NCBI GenBank assembly: GCA_002269645.1
Contig: NIVC01000822.1
Coordinates: 248,001 to 312,000, forward strand
Direction of reading: 5' to 3'
Length of the DNA stretch: 64,000 nucleotides
Source: Macrostomum lignano
Taxonomy: Eukaryota
Below, piece by piece: positions 1-12,315 of this stretch. The notes under the pieces are model-generated. The model saw only the letters and a list, made by a program, of their open reading frames with translations. It did no database searches and was not told the DNA's origin. A program made the position numbers and the translations under genes. How positions within the stretch are numbered: position 1 is the stretch's first letter; each line of letters starts with the position of its first letter.

Positions 1-1494
1 CAGTATTAGCAAAGTTGAGAAAAGACGCGACTTGAGAGCAGTCGAGCTGCAAGTAGAGTCGTTTACTGGAAGGGGAATTAATTCTGTTTCTCTGGGTTGC
101 CATAGAGGCTTAACTTTATACCCACTTAATCGCTCAATCCGTACCGTAATTGATGCTGTCTACGGGAAAAACTCCACACTTGGTAGTCTGTCCTAAGCCG
201 GAGAGGGGAGGCCAAATGCTAATGCATTTGGCAGACAGTCTTTTTCTTTTTAGGTCTTGAGAATCGCCGGAATTTTTTTCTCTTTCGAATCAGCTTCCGC
301 AGGGAGATAATTCTGGCGTCCGTGCAAACCAAATTACCGTCGTCATTGTCCAAAAACACCTTAATCGATAATTTACGATTCTTTTTCACCATTTCGATTT
401 AAGAGTACTTAGGAAAATTAATTCTTGAACGCTTCAATATAATAATTAGTTAAAAAGGAAATATTTACCTGCAAGTACTCACCTGAACAAGATGTCTCAC
501 CCTCGTACACAGCTTCGCAAAGCCATCGCTCTGTAGAATTTCTTGGTTCAAGCCACTCCAACCTACTGGGGTCTTGCAGCTTGCTAGGAAGAGTAATACT
601 TAAATCTCACAATATAAATAATTAAACTTCCAGATTGAAATTTGACATTATTTTTAGTAGGATCGTCAAGTTGCAAAGATAGTAGGACTGCAGTTTAATG
701 AAAGACGAAGCAATGATTTGAGAGAAGTTAAGGTTGCTGAAGCGAATTTTCAACGAGGTGAAGCTCGGTCTCCTATTCGCTGGGTCTGTACAACCAAAAC
801 CCCTCTCCCACTCTCTACCTCAATTACTGCTCCCCCAAAGCCCTGCTCTCCGTGCTTCCACGACCTAATCCGATCTTCTCTACTAGTAACTATCGGTCAC
901 TAGCGAATCGAAATCGAAATTTGCAAGAATTACATTCACTTCAGCGTTGCTTTTCTTTAAAGCCAAATTATTATTTTTTGAATTGACATGGACTATTTGG
1001 CGCAAGACACTGCGCAATACCTTCTTAAACTTCTCCTCGACCAGTCTTGAACGAAAACTGACGAGCAGAGGCTGCTGAAAAACCAAAGGACGAAGAAACA
1101 GAAAAGACACCGCCTGTCGATGGACCAAGCCGTGATAGGCCTTGCCTTGACGTTGAGGAAACCCATTTTGACGAATTGCGGTCGACAGCAAAAATTGAAA
1201 GTAAAGAGAAGTTTAATGACGAAGACAAGCTAAGCTTTGAGGAGAACCTCGAGGCACTTCTAATTCTTATTAATTCGCTGCAAGGTGCCACGTGATGGAA
1301 TAAAGCTTCTCCTTGGAGGCTTACGCAACCTATGAATGCAGGCCCGAAATACATTATCAACAAAGTTTTAAAGGCGACAAGCCCAAAGCTGACACCTCGC
1401 TTGAGGCGAGAGGGGAGGTCCAATTTCGGTGGCTCGGAATTGGCAAGAATTTGCATTGCTCCTTAGAAAAAGCCTACAGCCACCAGTGAAACTA
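1..1494 (-). pseudogene. Highly degenerate reverse-transcriptase remnant, possibly Penelope-like; probably continues at 3051-3305 and 4161-4280 beyond the Tc1 and solo-LTR insertions
   Basis: Minus-strand pieces in RT-like order: RPLV...HVNS...ILANFDFDSLVT (like xDxxSLxT), VQTQRIGDRASP (like QxxGxxMGxxxSP), a frameshifted LDD and ELIPF. Many stops and frameshifts; the resemblance is weak. Confidence 0.3.
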
Positions 1495-3050
1495 CACTGC
1501 GTTCCAAGTTATTAAGCAAAGAGAGATAAATTGAATATTTTCAAAATTATTGATCGCAGCGACTTGCTGCTTGTGTCAGGTGTACATCAAGCTAGTACAC
1601 ACTCTGTGCAGCTCTGCCAATCACTAAACTTCTTGCTAGCACGTGCCAACAAACTTTCATTGCGCAACACGGCTGCTACACTGTTCCAACTTATTATGCA
1701 AGCCACAGAATTTCACTGTGTGGTTCTGCAGCTGAATTTCTCTCACAATTTTCTGTGTGTATCAACCATGGGCAAGAGCCAGGATCTCTCCGATAAGGAA
1801 AAATCTCAAATCGGGCAACTTTTGGCAACTGGCCAAACTACTGTCTATCTCCAAGCAGCTTGGCAGAGATCATCGTACAGTAAAGAAATTCTTGGCTGAT
1901 GTCACCAAATCAAGGCAGCGGACTCGCAAAACTAGTGTTCGAGGCATTTCGAATCGAAAACTTCGAGAAATCAAAAGAGAAATCCTTAAACATCCATTGG
2001 CCACCAGCAAGTTCATCTTTGAGCAAGTGGATCTTGGCCATGTGCCAAGAACTACGCGGTGCCGCACTCTTGCATCCATCGCTCAATGCCGCAAGGCTGT
2101 CGCCAAGCCGATGCTGACCTCTCGGCATCGCCAGCTGCGCCTCAGCTGGGCGCAGAAGTATTTGAAGGCTGACTTCAGTTCAGTCATTTTTACAGATGAG
2201 ACCAGGGCCACTTTGGATGGGCCTGATGGCTGGGCCAGAGGCTGGATGGTTGGAGACGAGGTGTCAGGGCAGCGCGTGAGGCGTCAGCAAGGCGGTGGAG
2301 GCATCATGATCTGGGCTGGCATTGTCAACGACACCATCATTGGCCCATTCCGTGTTCCTGATGGCGTCAAGGTCACGGGTGAAGCTTACCGTCAGTTGCT
2401 GCAGCTGAATTTTGTTCCCTGGCTGCGACGCCAGCCAGCAGCTCGCCGAAAGAAGCTGACTTTCATGCAGGACAATGCTCCCTCCCATGCTGCGAAGCTG
2501 ACGACCAATTTCTTGAATGACCTCGGGTTCAAGGACGACAAGCTGATGGATTGGCCTTCGAATTCTCCGGATTTGAATCCAATTGAAAATCTTTGGAGCA
2601 TTTTGAAGCGTAGCTTGTACAGCAATGGTAAGCAGTATCATTCCAAGCATGATCTGTGGGCTGCTGTGCAAGCTGAAGTGTCCAAGATACCTAAATCACA
2701 TGTAAAGAAGCTGACATCATCGATGGACAGTCGCTTGGTAAAAATATTGCAAGTAAGGGTGCCCGCATTAACTATTAATTGTGTGTTGCTGCTTGGGAGA
2801 CTAAATTCTCCGATTTTCAATCAATATTTCATGCTGACGATGTTTTATTCCTAGTTGCATAATTATCTGGAACAGCAGAAAAGTCAATTTTTGATTATCA
2901 TTTTGAAAATACGCGTTCAATTTCATTCAGTTTTGGTGGTTCGTCTTATTGTTAGGAAATACATTTCCTGCTAAAAAAATTATGACTTTTGCTGCTTCAT
3001 GAAAAAATTATTAAAAAAAACTGATTAGCATAATAAGTTGGAACACAGTG
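1495..3050 (+). mobile_element. Tc1/mariner superfamily DNA transposon, DD37E (TRT-like), 1556 bp
   Basis: TA at 1493-1494 and 3051-3052. Imperfect TIRs CACTGCGTTCCAAGTTATTAAGCAA (1495-1519) and GCATAATAAGTTGGAACACAGTG (ending at 3050). Inner copies of the TIR motif at 1679-1701 and 2855-2878. Transposase inside. Confidence 0.95.
1768..2778 (+). pseudogene. Tc1-like DD37E transposase with two frameshifts (about 1840 and about 2752)
   Basis: ATG 1768 MGKSQDLS, then a shift into the 1757 ORF frame (SKQLGRDHRTVKK). Catalytic motifs VIFTDETRATLDGPDGW, FMQDNAPSH and WPSNSPDLNPIENLW; I counted 37 residues between the second D and E. The natural end SKGARINY* (stop 2776-2778) is one frame away. Confidence 0.92.
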
Positions 3051-3305
3051 TAGGTATACAGCGTTTAGGCACTTGCCAATTCGAATGGACTCCCACTTTT
3101 TTAATATTCTCAATTCGGTGCCTGGCCAATTCTGATGATGATTCCTGACACATTTCGGACCCTTTCCTGTCGGTATTAATGCCGGACAATGAAAACCGCC
3201 TCTTGGAGCTTATCTACGGGACTTCAGCAATGAAGCAACAATATTTCTTTCTGGACCAGTAAGAATTAGTGATTCTGTGCAGATAATGATGTTAACAATA
3301 TGATT

Positions 3306-4160
3306 TGTGACGTTGCTAGTTTAAGTGGTCCCGCAAAAGGGCCGTTGGACTATAGTTTCCCTTGCAATTTCTCATTTAAATTTCTCCAATAGTTTATTTT
3401 AACGTTTACTTGTACGAGCGTAGTAGCGTGCAAATAATCTGTATTAATTGCTAAAATTCACTGTGTATTTGGTAGGCCTTGCGTTCGTCTGTAAATTTTA
3501 GCACGATCGATAATTTCAAGTTCCCTCGCCAGCCAATGAAACTCTCCGTGTTTTATGCTACCCCCCTTTTGCGCTCTTTATTAACCCCCCGTCTGGCGGC
3601 GGGCTGGGGGCCTCCTCACTTCTGCCTTCTGCCCTCTGGCTTCTGGCTTGCGGCCCTTGTGTTTTCGTCTCGTTTTCCTTCTCTCTCCTGGCTGCCTCGA
3701 GCCTCCTTATCTCTCGCCACGGCTCCTCTGTCTGGGCCAGCCTGTTTACACTCTGTACTCCACTGTGTACTGCCACGACTAACGCCACTCTCACCGCTAC
3801 TTATCTGCCTGTTTACTTACTGCTCACTGCCTCCACTGTGCTCATCGACATCACTCATTACGTTGCGTCGCCATTGTATCCTTCGTCTGCTACTCGACTT
3901 CATATTCTAATCACTTCAAAACCATTGTTGCAGCCGCCAGTGCCCAGAACACTATAAGTTTTGTATTGATATTGACCAGTCTAATATTGATCTCAACAAT
4001 AAATTAACTACGGCAGTTTCCTGCCCTTATACGCCAAGTGCTCCGCTACACAATCCGCTTTGCAAGAATTGACTTCGATTCATTTTGGGACTACGACTTA
4101 CGACAACTCTCGTCAAACGGCCCTTCTAAGGGTCATAGCCACTACGTCAATAATGTGACA
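3306..4160 (+). mobile_element. Solo LTR (855 bp, Ty3/Gypsy-like), family copy 1
   Basis: TGT...ACA termini and exact 4-bp TSD GATT (3302-3305, 4161-4164). Roughly 90% similar by eye to 57757-58618. Orientation is assumed. Confidence 0.88.
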
Positions 4161-4513
4161 GATTCGTCTGAGATAAACCGGCCAAAGCTTACATTTGTGG
4201 CATTCTAGGGCACACTGCATTTGATACATGCGGTGTTTGCAGAGCTCCTGGTACTTGCTTGAATAGGAAAATGGGTTTTCAACAGAGGTGGGCGAGAGCC
4301 GATGCGGGAAAATGTATCGCGCTAGCCAGAAATCCAGTCAACAGCGAAAGACTGGCAAAATAAAAACATTAACTTTGTTGCGATTGCTCAGTGTTGACTT
4401 TGTGGTCTTTTTAGTCGATTTTTAACACGCGGTGTTGCTCGGTGCGGTACGAAAATTTTTCTACTTTCTAATTTGACTCAGAAGGGGGCCAGAGAGTCAA
4501 AAAAGATACAGTT

Positions 4514-5240
4514 TTGCGTTTATCTGACCAAATTTCTGTTTTGGCTAAGTACACATTCTCTAATTTCAAGGGAGACCTCGACGACTTACTAATTTGCGGT
4601 TCTTCATGGCCAGTGGATATCACCAGTTTTTTTTATAATTTTGGTCCTATTTTGTTTAAAGGATCTTTCCGCAATTGCTGTGCTATCATTTTCTTCTACG
4701 GGCATTGCACTTCGCTATGTACATCTACTCAAGCGACAGGAATACTCAGTACGAGCTAATTAAATCAGGCTAAGAGCTTTAATCAACGTCTTTCTGGAGC
4801 AAACAGCTTTGGACAAACATTCATCAGCTACAATATATGATGGGAACATAGGTAACATCACGACATTTCCTTCTGAATATTACTTTGGTGCTATTAAAAG
4901 ACGCATCGATGTAAAAAGACACTTGGCTGTCAATTTGGTAAATGAGATTTTATGTGTTCGGAATTTAATGCGCGATGATCCAGTTAAGTCGCTGAAGTAT
5001 AGCACGAAAGTAAAAGAAGTCAGGGACAACGTTTGCTTCATTGGAGATACGAGCTAATTCGTCTTAATTCAACTAAGAGAGTGGCAACGGACAGAGTTTT
5101 GCTGCCGGAGAGCGAAATTTATTCTCAGCCGTACAGCTTCATGAGTCTAGGATTTGGTCTCTACCGATTTACTGAAAAAGTTGTGACTGGAAAGCCAGAG
5201 AAAAAATGTTGGTTGAATTTAAATATAGTAATTTGAATTC
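4514..5240 (+). pseudogene. Degenerate EnSpm/CACTA-like transposase fragment (C-terminal half)
   Basis: SSWP..ITSFFYNFGPILFKG resembles WKAxExxxFxxYxGPxxLKG. GNIGNITTFPSEYYFGAIKR resembles GPLxxxSxFxFExxxGxxK. Stops and frameshifts present. Confidence 0.5.
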
Positions 5241-5859
5241 ACGCGCGTACTCTTTAGACTTATCTTTCCTCCGAAATGTTCCATAGCAAAAACTATAAAT
5301 ATAAGGCATTCGCAATCAAACGGTTGCTTCCTTCTGCCCTCTTGCAAGCTATCTTGTTTTCAAATATATATTCATGAATCACCGCCTCTACGCCTCGTTT
5401 ACTTAATACTGCTAAAATATAATACCATGCTTTAGCAGGACGCCATATGCCTCCCGTCTGATCGCCAGCTGTGGTCCATAACTGCAAGAGTTGGATCTTC
5501 AAGTGGCCTTGCGCTGAGTGACCTTGTCTTCTGTGTAGCTTTAGCCGTCACAGATGGAGAAGGTCGTGACTGTGAAGGTGGTGGATGGAATCGGTGCCAT
5601 CATTCACGGACAGCAATAAGCCAGTCTGTATTCGTGCTATTCGTGTTTTCGATTTAAAACTTTTACAGCCGAGGAGTCTTCCACCTCCCTCCCTCTGGAT
5701 CACGTAACTATTCTTAAACAAGTTTGTTCAGAGCCTGACCTTGATTCAATATTTTTTTTCCATTTTCATATATTCTCATCATAAAGTCTAAATAATTATA
5801 CTAGAAGCAGTAATGTCTCCGAACGAATCGCCTTCGTATGCCGTTAGTATTTAAGACTG

Positions 5860-6056
5860 TCGTAATGGCCTCTCTCTACATTTATTCGGATCGTGTTCTT
5901 CTATTCGGATCGTGTTCTTCTTTTTCTTGTACTGTACCTGCGGCTATTGGAGAAAGACTGGTAGGACTCGCCGACTGGCGATAGACAAATAGGGCCAATA
6001 GCTTTAAAATCTCCAAACGCTTCAAAATAGGTTTGTTTAGGGCCTAACTATTTGTC
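5860..6056 (+). repeat. Fragment of the 3' part of an LTR related to solo LTR 28034-29223
   Basis: TTCTTGTACTGTACCTGCGGCTATTGGAGAAAGACTGGTAGGACTCGCCGA and about 90 further nt match about 29050-29185. Confidence 0.75.
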
Positions 6057-7639
6057 ATATCGTATAATAAATATAACACTGCCAACACTAAAGTAAATGC
6101 GTGAGGGGAGCTTCCAGTCCAGTGGTGCTATTTTTATTAGTTCCTGCTCCAACCCACTAAAGTAATCTCAAATAGGGACTTGGCCCCGGATATCGATCAA
6201 AATTAGATAGAGAGTCTGAGCAGAGAATGTACTGGCGGCTATCTATCTCAAGCGCCATTCAGGCCGTCTCTGCTGCTGGGCCCGATGCCAGAGGGCGCGT
6301 GGCCTGGTCTGCCATCAATGCTCTGACGGGACGAAAACGGCGCTTTACTTTGTACTTTGCTGCAATAGAGTGGAGCTATCGTCCTTTGAGTTTTTGGAGG
6401 TTGGAGCAATTAATTCCCGCTATTTTTAATGATTTATCGTCAGAAAATCGAAACTACTCATTTTTCTGCCTTAAGGCATGCTGACGCCTCTTCTCGTGAT
6501 TTCCTACAAAAAACGCTGCGAAAAATTGGCTTTGAAGAGTTGACGTTCTCCGAAGGTGAAAGATGCCCTGACGTTATACCCAGCATACATGTAAAAATCT
6601 GGGGACAAAAAACTAATGCGGTTATCGCCGTTTTGGCAACGCATCGAAATAATTTGTGTTGATGCTACGAATACTGCCGCGGAGTTTGTGCTTAGTGTGC
6701 CAGCCGAAAATCCAAAGCCCTTTTACCTGTCCAAAACAGGCAATAATAATACTAACAGCTTTGAATCATATATTTTACCATTGATCAGCAAGAGAATCCT
6801 CTATGATATGTTAGAAATCCTCGATCACGAATTCAAGATGCCGTTACCTGAAGTTTGCTACCGGACATGTTCTCTGAAAGTGCTACTAAGCGTTGTCTAG
6901 GACTACTCAAAAATCACATTTTGCAAGGCGGCTTTGTCTGAGTACATTAAGCTAAGCCACACCCATCTGCAAGGCTAAGAGAAATATTTTCTACGAAGCC
7001 TTTCGGCTGCTCTAACCAGCAGCGACGTCGATAAAGTTGCTCAGTCCAGTAGCGACGCAGATAAAGCTGAAGAGTGGAGATGAAGCTCCTCTGTCCAACA
7101 GCGACGAAGAAGAGACAGCTCTTTCCAGTAGCGAAGCAGATGTCTCGACTCAAACAGAGACTAATAATGCAACTGCCGATGATGAAAAATATGAACCCAT
7201 TCAGAAGAAAGACCACAGTTCGGGAGAGGGTTCTCTCTTTTGCTCAATGAGTAATTCCGAGAATATAATAGAACAAGCAATTCCAGTTGAACCAGTAGTC
7301 AATAAACGCAGGCGAACTGATCGCCTGACATATTACACTTGGACGAACAGGCAATTCGTTACCGTCTAATACTCTAACAGTAATAGATCAAATGGCTATC
7401 CCGTTAAAACATAATGGTGTTGTAACCAATGTTAATGTGGAAATTTCGCTCTAACCAGACCTGTTGCTGCAATCATGAAAATTTGTTTTGCACTTTGTTG
7501 CAATAATGACTGGAAGTTCATGCTATTTGTTTCATAGTTTCTTACCCTTTAGTTTTGGATATTATAAAATCCGCATTTTTTGTAGTCATTATATTTTCCG
7601 TTTCTATTGTCACGACCAAGGCCTACAAAAACAAGTGTA

Positions 7640-9306
7640 CCCTACTCTCTCATCATGGATAAATCATCTATGATCCATGATCCATTGATAAATCATGCAT
7701 GTTCATGGTATTTTCCTGCATGGATTTTTAAAACCTTCCATGGTAAAATCTTCCATGCCAGAGAGTTCATACGGGAAAAGAAATATCTAAGCTTAAAAAA
7801 TTTCAGGCTATTTTATGCAAATCTGGTAAATTTTTAAATATATTTATAAAAGTCTAGTTTGTGAATACAAAAAATTTTTCAATAAATTTGTTATAATCTC
7901 CGCCTACTAATTGCTTTGAATATATTACCAGTAATTTTGTCGGCCATTTTGTTTCGGTTTAATTAATTACGGACTTAACTTCGTGTTAGCATAAATTACT
8001 GGGCCTATTTTTCCAGCTTTCTAAGAGGACTCTGTCACTCTTACATGTTGTCATCATTTCATTGTGTGTCGCTATGTTTGTTTTGTCTTAGCTATTTTTT
8101 TAACTTTAGTTCTATAAAAACTTAAAGTTTCACTGTTGGTAGCTAGCTTTAAAATTTGGTGGCTTGTAAGGTTTTTTGGCATGCTAATTTTGATCTTCAG
8201 TGAAAATTATATTTGTAGATATATTACAAACCCTATTGTTTTAGGGGTGCAAAGTTAACCTATAGGGGTTAGAGGTATATTTTCAAATGATATTTTGATG
8301 CATTTTTATAATGATAGGTAGGCCTAAGCAAAGGCCTAAGGTGGCATAAGGCCTAATGATAAAAATCATTTGGTACAGTTTCAAAATAAAAAAATGGAAG
8401 TATTTTATAGTACTAAACTTCAAGATGTCCTTTGTATCTAATATACAGTCTATAATCAAAACTAGACTAGGCCCTATTAATATTGTCTACTTTGTTTGAG
8501 AAAATTCACAATGGCACAACTTTATGTAGGCCTTATATTATAATTTTTGTTTAAAATCATATGGTCCCTACATTAACAATTTTTTTCATATACAATTCTA
8601 ATTGGTTTGTTGATTGGCCTCTTGATTGATTCTTGAATCTTATCATCTTGTGAAACTTTTTTTCAGAAAAAATTGAAAAGAACAATATTGGATTGAGTGC
8701 ATCTAATTCTAGGCCTCTTCGAAAGCAGGCAAAAAGTACTTCTAAATTTGCGAATGAAAATTCCGCATTTTTTCTGCTTTATTCTTCACAATGTTGGCCA
8801 TGATGAGCAATATGTGACCATTACATTTGGGTCTCCCTATTGGCCAAGTACAATAACTAATGAAGAAAATTTGGAACTTGCACAAGTAAGATTTTAAGTT
8901 GCATTTATATGTATAATATTTAGTTATTGAGTACATATAAAGCCTCAAAATGGGGTCATCATACGAGTTTTTAATTACTTCTATATTTATTTGCATAAGT
9001 ATTTGTTCTCCTACTTTTTAAGTTTTTAAAGTGATTTATAAGGGAATGGAAACATTTCACAGAAGCACTAAAGATGCTGCCGAATTTGTTTAGAAAATTT
9101 CAGCTTAAAAATTAAATCTACGCAAACATTGCTTTTTACTAACAGTAGTGTAGTAAGAAAAATTATATTTAAAATCATACATCAATGTACATGGATGGAA
9201 AGTAACCATGGATGAAGTTCTCGTGGAGCCATGTATGATCAGGTATGATCCATACATGGCATCATAGATGCTTCATCCATGATTTATCCATGCGAGGAGA
9301 GTAGGG
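7640..9306. mobile_element. Non-autonomous TIR element (MITE-like, 1667 bp) with CATG-rich subterminal arrays
   Basis: 28-bp imperfect TIR CCCTACTCTCTCATCATGGATAAATCAT / ATGATTTATCCATGCGAGGAGAGTAGGG (24/28 match). Clusters of CATGG/CCATG near both ends. AT-rich non-coding interior. TSD not clear. Confidence 0.65.
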
Positions 9307-9583
9307 CATATTGTGTTTAATATTTTGTAATACAAAAATGCCATTTTTATAACATATTTTAGGTCTCTTAAGTAGCCGAAGAAGTAGCAAAATTCTAAAT
9401 ATAGAAAATCGACATACATTAGCCTGGAAAAGGCTCGACATCGAATCGCAGTAAAACACACACCAATTCGGCGGCGGTCGGCAGAGCAGGTTATAGCATC
9501 TAATACTTTACAGAGATAATCATGGTAGCCATCACGGAGATAACTCCTAGTAAAAAGTAATCGAACGTAAGTAGTATGGATGG

Positions 9584-10100
9584 TCATGGGTGGATTAGCA
9601 TTAATACGTATAAATGATTCGTATAAATGATCATGGGTGTAAACTCATCATGGAAATGCATGGGAGATTTCAAGGATTCATAGATAATTCGTCTGTAGTG
9701 AGACGCTATTTTAGCTGTTAAGCATCTCCCTTCTGTCAGCAGTTTTCCTCGCCCTCGCTCTGAGCTCTCATCTGCCACTCCCCCTCCCTTTTCTGCTCTG
9801 TTCCCTCCCGCTCCCTTTGTGCTCCTGTTTACAGTGCTTGGCGGCTTGGTTACGCTTGTTCTTGGTTCGCGCTCTGTGGTGGTCACTAGTGGTTCACTAG
9901 TGGCAGGACTGTTTTCCGGTTCCAAGGTTACTATTTTCTTCACTAGTGCGCTCATTCCCTTATATCATGTGAGCCAGTCACACTGCTTGACTGCAAAATC
10001 GGCACGAAGTGCTAATCTCACTCGTTCCGACGGGACCGTCACATCACCGAAGGCTGAGACTCGAAGGCACTGGTTGCAGCACAGCATTACGTAACGCAGC
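9584..10100 (-). pseudogene. Possible LINE ORF1-like remnant (Cys-rich motif followed by a coiled coil)
   Basis: LCCNQC...CDWLT*YKGMSALVKKIVTLEPENS, then a low-complexity S/T/P segment. Weak resemblance only. Confidence 0.25.
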
Positions 10101-11588
10101 ACTACATTACGACTAAAAAGCTTCCGAGAGAAAAGGCGCCGGAACTGAAGGTAGATCTTAAGTGCCTGAAACTTAATCAGGAAGCTAACAGTCAGTACTT
10201 CACGTTCATTATCTGGGTCTAAGGCAGGCTCCTCGTGATAAGCCACTTTATGAGACACTTCATGATCTTCCAAACACACCGTCAATGCACGGAAGAATTG
10301 GTCATCGCGAATAAAGGCTGATCGCTGTTTCTATGAAGACAAATTAAGTTATTATTTGCTTCTTAGAATATTTTAATAACGGCTTATTAAGCACTACTGC
10401 TAAAACTAAAAAAGGCTCTACTCTGTGACTCAAATAATAATATGCATCAGCGTTTTAACACTTTACTATTGATGCTTTTGAATATATTTAATGACTTCGA
10501 GCTTAAACTAAAACAATTTTTAAAAGCAAAAAGTTTATTTTTCGCTTCTAGTTTCTGTTTTTTAAGCGACTCGTGGGAAAACTTTTATCAAAGTCTGTTT
10601 CCGCGATTGTTGCACATACGCTCGCATTTTATGACAAGGTGGCCCGTAAATTTAGCCTGTGAGTTTGCACTCATTCCAGTATCACTAAGCGTTGTTTTGA
10701 GTCACTCGAGATTCTTTCTGTAGTAGGGGGTTATTCCAAAGCAGTTTTGCTTATCTTTTTATAAGGCGTTTGCACAGCTAGATTATCATTCGTCCAAAAG
10801 AAATTATTTAAAAGGTCGAAATTAAGAATAAGCAGTTTTTGCTATTACACTGCAAATAGTAGATCAACCTCGGGAAAGTAATAGAAGCGATGGGAAATCG
10901 CGCTGAAGTGGGTTTCCCTATTAGTATAGAGCTATTGAGCGTCGGGAAAAGCATCCGTTTGGGATTTTCGGTTAGGACCCGTTTTCAGAGACAAAGTCTA
11001 CCGAAACTTATTATAATAGGAACTAATTGTGTACGTACTCTTTGCATATTAAGGTCATATAATAATTTTCTCTTCTAATAAAATTAAATGAAATCCACTT
11101 GTGTCCTACTTATTTTAATTTAAACATTAACTATAAGGGGAATAAGGGGAAGTCTGGTGTTAGCAATCTACCAAGTAGAAGTAAGGATTAAGAAAAGCAG
11201 AAAAGAGAATAAACCAGTAGCTTAGACCGCGAGGAAATACGCCTATTCCAATTGGTGGCAGCTTAGCGGATTAGTAAAACACAAAAGCAAAAATTAGAAC
11301 TGGTGCAACTAGTAAAAATAGCAAAAGTATAACCTGCGAATATAACGTTTCGAAAAGTCAAAATCAGGTGCGAAGGTTTTTAAGCCTAAAATACTGAAGA
11401 CTAAGACGATAATCCTAATCCTAGGATTAACAGATAAGAACGCATTAACGCTTCTATTTAGCTAGCATTGTCAAAATTGATAGACAAGGTCTTAATGGAC
11501 CCAATAAATAAATAAAAGTGTAGAGATCACGCAGTCTAGCAGTTCTGTTCACGATTAGACGCAATTAATTACACCAGCTACTAGATCA

Positions 11589-12315
11589 GTGACTCAGGAG
11601 TATTTTACTTTCACTGATTCAGTTAAGAAGAATTACAGAAGCGACAATTCAGAATTTGAAAACCTAATGGACGCTAATGACGTAGTAGAAGCTCTAGCTG
11701 AAGGCATTAGAGACAGGCTAGACATTAGGAAGCATATAAGGATCCAGAAGTGCACGCCTTATCAAGATATAGACGTGTGGATTCAAGCTTTTAAGCAAAG
11801 GTGTATCGCAGATGAGATAGCGGCAGTTGATTGAAAGAATGAACTGCTGTCTAACCTAGATGTCCAGTCAGCGTTTGCTATTGTGACAAGGCTAAATTTA
11901 GACCCTAATCTTCCATATGTAGAATTTAAGGATAGGCTAATCGAACGATTTACGCATGCGGGTAGTGCTCAATAAGCTAGGGAAGAGTTATGTAGCAGAT
12001 ACCAATCTAAGACAGAAAGCTTTGACGACTACGCGGAGAAGCTGACAGAGCTAGCCTATAGGGCGTTTCCCCATCTAACTGGGAGAAGCTACTGCTAGCA
12101 CAGGCGAACACACTCCAAGAAACACGTCGAGTCTTGCAACGTATCAAAATGGCGTATGCCATGTCTCGCCGAGGAAGAGATCCAGCTCAGTGCAAGGCAA
12201 CTGGGGGAGATGAGGCTGAGAACAGCATGAAAGAGTCAGTCCGAAAGCAAGGTGAGGCGCTAGAGCCAACAGAGGGTGCTTCAGGAGTTGCTCCGACACC
12301 AGTAGAGTGCTGAGC
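11589..12315 (+). pseudogene. gag: Gypsy gag (capsid-like) remnant
   Basis: DIDVWIQAFKQRC...FKDRLIERF...LCSRYQSKTESFDDYAEKLTELAYRAFP is a typical Gypsy capsid motif. Internal stops. Confidence 0.75.

Noticed and set aside
3479-3910. Protein-coding ORFs inside the solo LTRs (also 57920-58412 and 28137-28953)
   Set aside because: Low-complexity CT-rich LTR sequence; the frames are not conserved between the two copies and show no domain motifs.
6429-7369. MULE-like (ICVDAT) or piggyBac-like acidic N-terminal transposase remnants
   Set aside because: Only one short motif and compositional resemblance; no TIR, TSD or further catalytic motifs.
10330-11260. 5' LTR of the large Gypsy matching 33663-34673
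   Set aside because: No alignable similarity beyond AT-rich coincidences.
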